Shown piece by piece: positions 21,524-27,655 of a stretch of DNA of 27,655 bases. The position numbers were made by a program, and so were the translations under genes. This DNA comes from Amoeboradix gromovi X-113. Its lineage: Eukaryota; Fungi; Sanchytriomycota. The notes beneath the pieces are model-generated. The model was given only the letters and a program-made list of their open reading frames with translations. It searched no databases and had not been told where the DNA came from. Within the stretch, counting starts at the first letter, position 1. Every line of letters begins with the position of its first letter. The stretch lies in contig JADGIF010000045.1 in assembly GCA_018985225.1 (NCBI GenBank), positions 1 to 27,655 on the forward strand, written 5' to 3'.

Positions 21524-21902
21524 GGGGGATTGAAAAATTATTACTTAAATAAAATAGGCATTTCGCTTATAATAATTCAAATTCCGCTATTTTTACCAAA
21601 AATTGGTCATTTAACTGTTTTTTAGTTGCTGCGTATCAAACGCATGCACAACTCTCAATTGCAATTGAATGAGGTATTTATCGTGAATAAATGTGCTATC
21701 TCGCTAAATTTTACTCTTTATAGACATCTGACTTTATGAAAACTCGATAATCTCGTTGGTAATCAATTGCGATGCAAGTGGTGTCAAATATCCCGACCAG
21801 AATTTGTTAAATCTAAAGAGATCACTACTAGATAAGACTGCATTCCTGGGCGCTAATCAATTGCTTCAGGAAAGTGAAGTAGTCATTTAAGTTTGGATAA
21901 TA

Positions 21903-22275
21903 CTAATCTAAATCTCAATCTGAAGACGGTGAGATTAGATTATCTAGTCCATGTGTATTAGTTTAAAAGACAAAAACACCGAGTTAAGCTGATTTTTGTA
22001 GTATTTAGTACAGTAAAAGGTGAAAATATACATTTTCAAAGTTTTAATTGCAGATGATTGTGCAAATACCCTGCGGCAAGATACAATTTATTCAAAGAAA
22101 AGATAATTTGGCAGAGCGAGATGATTAAACTAAATCATACAAAGAGATGAGAAAATTCGGTTCAGTTAAAACAAATCCATTTTTTAATGTACAATGCTTG
22201 AGGCAAACTGTCCTGTATTCCGATTAATCTCGATTAGTCCATTAAGCTGAATCAGTATTGAGATTAGATTAATCG
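21903..22275. repeat. ~370-bp segment bounded by imperfect ~21-bp inverted repeats, each end also forming a local hairpin (possible second MITE)
   Basis: Left end ctaatctaaatctcaatctga (21903-21923) versus the reverse complement of 22252-22272, ttaatctaatctcaatactga. Confidence 0.55.
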
Positions 22276-22429
22276 AAATATACACGTCCTAATGAAAGAT
22301 ATGATGCATTTGCAACAATTGGTTATTAGAGATTACAAACAACGAATTTATTAAGCATTTCTCACTGCACAAGCAGGATGCCACAGCTATGAGTTTTAGT
22401 TAGATAAGTTATCTGTAGCAATAAAAGGA

Positions 22430-22845
22430 GCTACATTTCTCCAGCACACTCTCGTTCTATACTTCAACTGCATAAATACTTGATCCATAATTTGTCAAAG
22501 AATGCGAATACTTAGGATTGTCAAGATTTTCAAATATGGCTTGTTTTTATATTTGATTCCAAGTATATGCATTATCAATTTTGCTACGGTTCAGCGTCTA
22601 ATATGCCACTTGTGCACGTCTGATTAGTAAATGATTCATTACATTCGATTATAGTCTTTCCTCTTTGTTTGCACTTGAAATTCAAGCGTTCCTTGAATGT
22701 GTAATGGGACATTGTGGTCATATTTCTTGCGACCTTGCTTGACAAGCTACTTATCATTTGACTAGTATTGAACGATGGCAAGTTTATAAGATCATATGTC
22801 TTTATATGGTGTACCTGTTAGTTATTTCTTTAGATTTGACATGTT
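22430..22845 (-). pseudogene. Fanzor2/IS607-type TnpB fragment (RuvC-II region to zinc finger), degraded
   Basis: KTYDLINLPSFNTSQMI..SKVARNMTTMSHYTFKERLNFKCKQRGKTIIECNESFTNQTCTSG resembles the Fanzor2 pattern YdvI.lP.F.ts.M..sk.ar.m..wsHY.FkqrL..Ka......v.E.yTskTC..CG. Flanks are broken by stops, with a possible C..IERECAG tail near 22435-22470. Confidence 0.8.
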
Positions 22846-23405
22846 CAGGATTACATCTACTTGTTCCATTTGTGAAAAGGAAGAATACTGAGTGTTTAAG
22901 CTATTAGAAAAATCTGGAAAAGTCTTGAAATTATACAAAAATGCATACTAATTCGCGATAAATGGTTTATTCAAGAAAACAATCTAGCTGTTCGATAATG
23001 CATTGATAGAATTTCATTGAAGTTCGGTTTCAATCTATTCACAACGGTTTTCGAACTTAAAAGTGCTTTCTGCTTTGATTTTGAAGTACATTGTGGTATT
23101 ATATCTTTTATATGCATTTTTATTAATGTAACTAATCGCAACGTATACTATTAGCTCTGCTAAACTTATGTCCACCTCTGCGTCCCCTAGAGTATTTTAG
23201 GATGCTAACTTTAAGAATATTAATAAAAGCTTCGTCTGTCAAAATAGAGCTGTTGAACTTATGGTAAATTGATAACCCTTGCATATCCAAGAATATGCTA
23301 TCCAGGATGGGTTGAAAGAATTAAAGAGGATCTAATGATTCAAAAATACAATTCCTATCACAGTCTAAAATGGAAGCAAACAGCAGGTTCATTAATTATC
23401 GATAT

Positions 23406-26049
23406 TTATTGCAATACTTCCATGATATAACCCTTTAACATGTCAAAATATCCAATCTCCTGTGATCTCATCTGTACTTTTAATACTCCATTGCTAATCT
23501 GCAACTGCCCCATTACAAATGCATCAGTGTAAGTCTGTAAAACTAAGTACAGCACCTAAATTAAAGCAAATTACATTGTTCTTCACCACCGTCTTTGGTA
23601 ACTTAGACTGTAGTTTATCCAGTGGTATAGCGCATTTTACCTCAAACTGTACGTGCTGCAGCTGAGTATTGTCCATTAGTTCCTTCATAATATCCTCCGC
23701 ATTTATTTTCGGTACAAATGTAGCGACCATCAATGGAACAGAACTGTTCCCAAAATACACTCCCAAATCATGTTTGATAGCAATTTGCACAGAAGCAAAT
23801 GGCTGAGTTAATGCATACATGCTTTCTATATGGAAAGTCAATGGCAATTCAATAGCAATATTTGTTTTTACCGACTTAACGTTCAATAACGCAGCAGGAA
23901 CTATCCCAAAGCTGTTCTTGTTAAACTGAATTGCAAAGTTAGTTAATGGGGTATTAGTCGTGTTTACAATCTCCAACAATAAGAAAACTCCGTCATCTTT
24001 CACATGGTACTTGTACTCTATCACACAATTTTCACTCTTTAACAATGGCAGCAATCCACCTTGTGGCGCTTCCGTGACAACTGCATTTCTCTGCAGCTGG
24101 ACTGGACTAGTGCTTGTAGATGGACTGAGTATTTGCTGTGAAATATTTCCCGGTCCAAACGATTCTAACAGATCTAGTACACCATCTTGTTCAACAGGGA
24201 CAGTTTCAGCAACATTTTCTTCGAGGTCTAGTAAGTTGCCTTCGTCCATTACAGATGGTAAACTGTTGATCTGGCTGGAATCTTTTATAAATAATTTCTT
24301 GTCTACATGGAACAATGCGCTTAAGGTACTCAACTCTTTTAATATCATTTGCAGAAACTGTGGATCAATATCCCATTTTTCCAAAGATGGGTTAATTGGC
24401 TCTTTTTTATGCCAAACTACTTGTCGAGTTAATTCTGGATTAACACTCAACAATCTCCAGTAGATAAACGCACGATCTCTGATGTCTGGATTAGCACATT
24501 CAGTGGACTGAGTCAATATCAATTGTAGAAATTGTTGAATTTTAGCATCGTTGGGTCTCTTTAAAAAACATTTGACAGTCATCACAAGAATGTTAAGCTG
24601 ATTTGCCATTGATTCCATACTAAATTCACTGATCAAGCTGTCCAGCACATCATAAATGCCGACTACATAACCAGGAAATTCGCCAATAAGCCAGATAACA
24701 GACTCTTTGTCATTCACGTGTAATAGAAACGGAGCGATAAATTCTACCGACTTATCAAATTGCCCAGGATATCTTCGAATGATGTTCTTTAAAGAAACAA
24801 TAGCATCAGTGCAGATATAATCAATTTTTGTTTTCAACAGTTCCAGCAAACAATTCACACATTTTTCAGCTGTGACAGGATGCTGCAGTGCAATATACTC
24901 TAAAGAATAAATTGCTTGGCTTGTGAACTCGATATCTACTTCACTTGAATATTCTTTTAATTCACTTAAAACAGCATCAATAGATTCAGGGTTTGCTAAT
25001 TTACGCAACAGACTGAGCTTCTCAAGTTTAACATACAAAGGATCGTTGTACTTGCAAAAAAATGGATGCACTGTTAGTAGAGTTGGGTATTTTTCCACTA
25101 TAACATGCATATTTCTTAAAAAGGAAAATAAAAGTTCAGATTGAGTGGAATTTAAGAGCGAGATAATTGGCCCTTTAACTTTCTTTAAGATTGAGTCAGT
25201 GAACTCGGTAGTGGTAATCGTTAAACAACAAAATATTAATCGAATTGCAGTGATGACCACGCTAGGATTCTGATGTTGAAGTCTAGCCGAAGTCTTTTCG
25301 GCAATAACCATTGCCTCATCCACTTCAGTGATTGCATGGTATTCACATAAAGACTCCATAATAACAATTTGCCCCCATTCAGTACATTCGGAGAGGCAGT
25401 TTAACAGTTTCGCAAGGGATTGGGAATTTATGTTGGTGAAATGACGCATCTCATGAAGGGAAGCAATGGCATTTGCAATCACCATTGGATTCTCATCCTG
25501 AAGTAAAGACTCAACCTGCTCAACAAATCCAAATTCAACAGTACGTTCAGGACTAAGAGTATACATTTTTGCGACACAAATAGCAGCCGTTTTGCGCACA
25601 TATGGGTCTTGATCTTTCAGTCCTTTTCTTAATGGCTCAAATAAGTAGTCCACTATCTTTTCGGCGCGTAAACAACCCATGGTACGAATAGCTAGAGCTC
25701 TAATTAAGGGATTAATATCTTCCGCATCTTTAATAAATGTATTAACTGCTAGGATAACTAGCTCTGGCTGGGTTTTAGCATAATTCATCAAGTATAAATA
25801 GACTAGCTTCTTTAGTTCCAGATCGTCTGTTTGCATACACTTTAAAACATCTGCAAATAGTTCAGAAACATTCTTACCAAGTGTCATGTTGGCAATTACT
25901 CTTTTAACTGCATCTTTTCTTATGGTCTTGTATTCAGAATTCAAGTCGTTTTTCAACTCAAAGTTTTCGCCTTTTTTACTTTTAAAATACTTTTGATTCT
26001 TGCTGAAGTACTTATCAACAGCATTTTCGATAGTTGAAGCAAACGACAT
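23406..26049 (-). CDS. AP-1/AP-2 complex beta subunit (beta-adaptin); exons 26049-23575 and 23555-23406
   Basis: KKGENFELKNDLNS, LKKLVYLYLMNYAK, NPLIRALAIRTM, NPDIRDRAFIYWRLLS, clathrin box LLDLE, appendage FAIQFNKNSFG. Splicing adds the last appendage strands, ending YIMEVLQ*. Confidence 0.94.
23556..23574 (-). other. 19-nt intron gtaatttgctttaatttag
   Basis: Fits the intron consensus; removal opens a 49-codon C-terminal exon. Confidence 0.85.
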
Positions 26050-26500
26050 AAAGTTTCAACCCCGCCTACGGGAAATGCGAACATGCAAAAGAATCCAGAA
26101 TTAAATTTCCCAAGTGTAGACGAATAGGTTAGATATCATTTAAGCGTGTTTTTTGCTGCTCTGATTTCTATATAGTCTTCGTTACCCGAATTACAGCATT
26201 CTATCTTCTAGATTGTACTCTTTCTCTCGTTTGATAGTTGCATTTAAAACGCTCAATAGTCCAATATGTTGAACTTAGAAACCCTGGCGAATTTCGAGTT
26301 TTATTCTTTTCACATAATGTCAACAGTATGTATTCCTTGGGCTACAATTTATCTAGTTTCCAAGATTAGTTCCATTACAAAGTGTACATAAAAATAGCAC
26401 AAAAATCACACCTCTACTGAAAGAACTGCTTTTTGAAATCTTTGCGGAAATTCTTGAATTCTGAGAAACCAGGACTTTTAACGAGAAGTACTAATAGTAT

Positions 26501-27490
26501 TTATTGTCTCAAACTAGTTATACAGATATCCAATAAATGATTCAATGTCAAATGTGCTTGTCTTAAATGTTGCCCACAGTTGGAATACTTGTTCATTAAC
26601 ATTACCACTATACTGTGCCAACTGCTTAGATCTTTTTGAATTTTAGGGCTAAAGAGATTTATTTCATTCTTCGCATAGTTCAAAAGCATCAAAGACATAC
26701 AGAGTATAGCGTATCCTATAATATCAGAGTTTTCGTTTGTAATACTTTTAGTGGAGATGTCTTGAAGAGCAGGAATGTACTCTAAAAGTTCAAATCCATC
26801 CAATTCTGATGGTTTTTCTAAAATCCTCCAAAAAATCATGGAAATATACAATTTGGTAGAGCCCAATTTGGCTCCAATTATAAGTTTGCATGTTTTGTAT
26901 CCAATGTGAGCAAGTTGTAAAGTGGAGTAATTATACTGTGAGAATTTCATGTACAATTCAAGGTTTTTTTTATTCTTGAACTTGGAGAATATAGATAAAA
27001 ATGATTCGAAGTATTCTTCATGGGCAAGGTACATCTGGTACACTATTTCTAAATCAAATCCTTTATATTGCTCGCTGTTAAAGGCTAAGCATCTGAGCAA
27101 TTCTGCAGTTGATGGGACAGGCTTATTTATATAGTTCTTGATTAAATTCCCGCTCATATCAGTCACCTTGTATTTTTCCCCGTGAACATTATCCATGTAG
27201 TGGACAAGCCAATTCCATTTCTTCATATTTAGCTCAATTCTTGTAGGTTGGTTCCTGACAAAGTAGACTGCATATTGTTCGAGAGATAAATCAAATCCTT
27301 TAAGTTCGCACTCAATCATGATGCAACTAGAATAAATAATGCTGTCAAATACTTTTAACTCCTCTTGCTCAATTGGCTTTGGTTTGTTCAAAGACGCAGT
27401 CATTTTATCAAGCTCTTTATTACTTTGCAACTCCAAGTACAAGGAATCAACATCTATTTCTAACTTTCTCTTCTTTTTTGGATGAACCAT
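26501..27490 (-). CDS. Hypothetical protein (329 aa) with an N-terminal basic NLS-like PKKKRK
   Basis: Long ATG-started ORF; no family recognised. Confidence 0.7.
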   Translation of the reverse strand: MVHPKKKRKLEIDVDSLYLELQSNKELDKMTASLNKPKPIEQEELKVFDSIIYSSCIMIECELKGFDLSLEQYAVYFVRNQPTRIELNMKKWNWLVHYMDNVHGEKYKVTDMSGNLIKNYINKPVPSTAELLRCLAFNSEQYKGFDLEIVYQMYLAHEEYFESFLSIFSKFKNKKNLELYMKFSQYNYSTLQLAHIGYKTCKLIIGAKLGSTKLYISMIFWRILEKPSELDGFELLEYIPALQDISTKSITNENSDIIGYAILCMSLMLLNYAKNEINLFSPKIQKDLSSWHSIVVMLMNKYSNCGQHLRQAHLTLNHLLDICITSLRQ

Positions 27491-27494
27491 TAAA

Positions 27495-27655
27495 CAAAAG
27501 GGACATCAAATATAAAAACTGGACTAACTTTCTGTAACAACTTGGACATTATTTCAGCGTTATTAATTTTATGGATTTAAGAGGCGAGTGGACATTCAGC
27601 TAGTTGCGGAGTTGACGAGTATAAAAGGAAAATAAATATTCTGTACAGCTATTCT
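27495..27655 (+). mobile_element. Non-autonomous TIR element, copy 3 (left part only, cut by the window end)
   Basis: GGGACATCAAATATAAAAACTGGACTAACT from 27500, then ~125 bp near-identical to copies 1 and 2. Confidence 0.9.

Noticed and set aside
21655-21668. Perfect 14-bp palindrome TCAATTGCAATTGA
   Set aside because: Single, short and AT-rich; no supporting context
23134-23392. Minus-strand frame MNLLFASILDCD... with one internal TAA
   Set aside because: No homology recognised, and the only short GT-AG candidate does not remove the stop
26410-26460. Loose similarity to 12450-12500
   Set aside because: Low-complexity A-rich match with no TnpB motifs
370-27134. Many short antisense ORFs inside the long genes (e.g. 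3186-3536, 13111-13509, 17027-17365, 23960-24463)
   Set aside because: Shadow frames of well-supported genes on the opposite strand
1-27655. CRISPR array, rRNA, tRNA, or stop-codon reassignment as an explanation for the split ORFs
   Set aside because: No regularly spaced repeats or RNA gene signatures were seen. Most splits change frame and all are resolved by consensus introns, and genes end normally at TAA, TAG or TGA.

Overview
This is an AT-rich, very gene-dense eukaryotic window. The gene set suggests an early-diverging, probably zoosporic fungus or a close relative; that is an inference and the taxon cannot be fixed from the sequence. It holds about 13 protein genes: an OSR1/SPAK-like STE20 kinase, a five-LIM PINCH-like adaptor, an SDR oxidoreductase-MST/Hippo-like kinase fused ORF, a bacterial-type class II HMG-CoA reductase, an ODA-docking-complex-like coiled-coil protein, sideroflexin, gamma-tubulin, MUS81, long-tailed myosin I, HIRA/Hir1, AP-1/2 beta-adaptin and two orphans. 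The first unusual feature is the introns. Seven genes are split by eight ultra-short 19-21 nt introns, all GTA...TAAY-NN-AG with the putative branch A fixed 6 nt from the 3' end, and most lie near gene 3' ends. The second is that several of the larger intergenic gaps contain TnpB/Fanzor-like relics. These are a ~500 bp TIR-bounded non-autonomous element in three copies that appears to keep the 3' end of a Fanzor-like gene (a candidate omegaRNA 'ghost' element), a decayed TnpB zinc-finger/RuvC-III fragment at ~12.5 kb and a Fanzor2-like fragment at ~22.6 kb. All family assignments come from motif recognition by eye; no searches were run.
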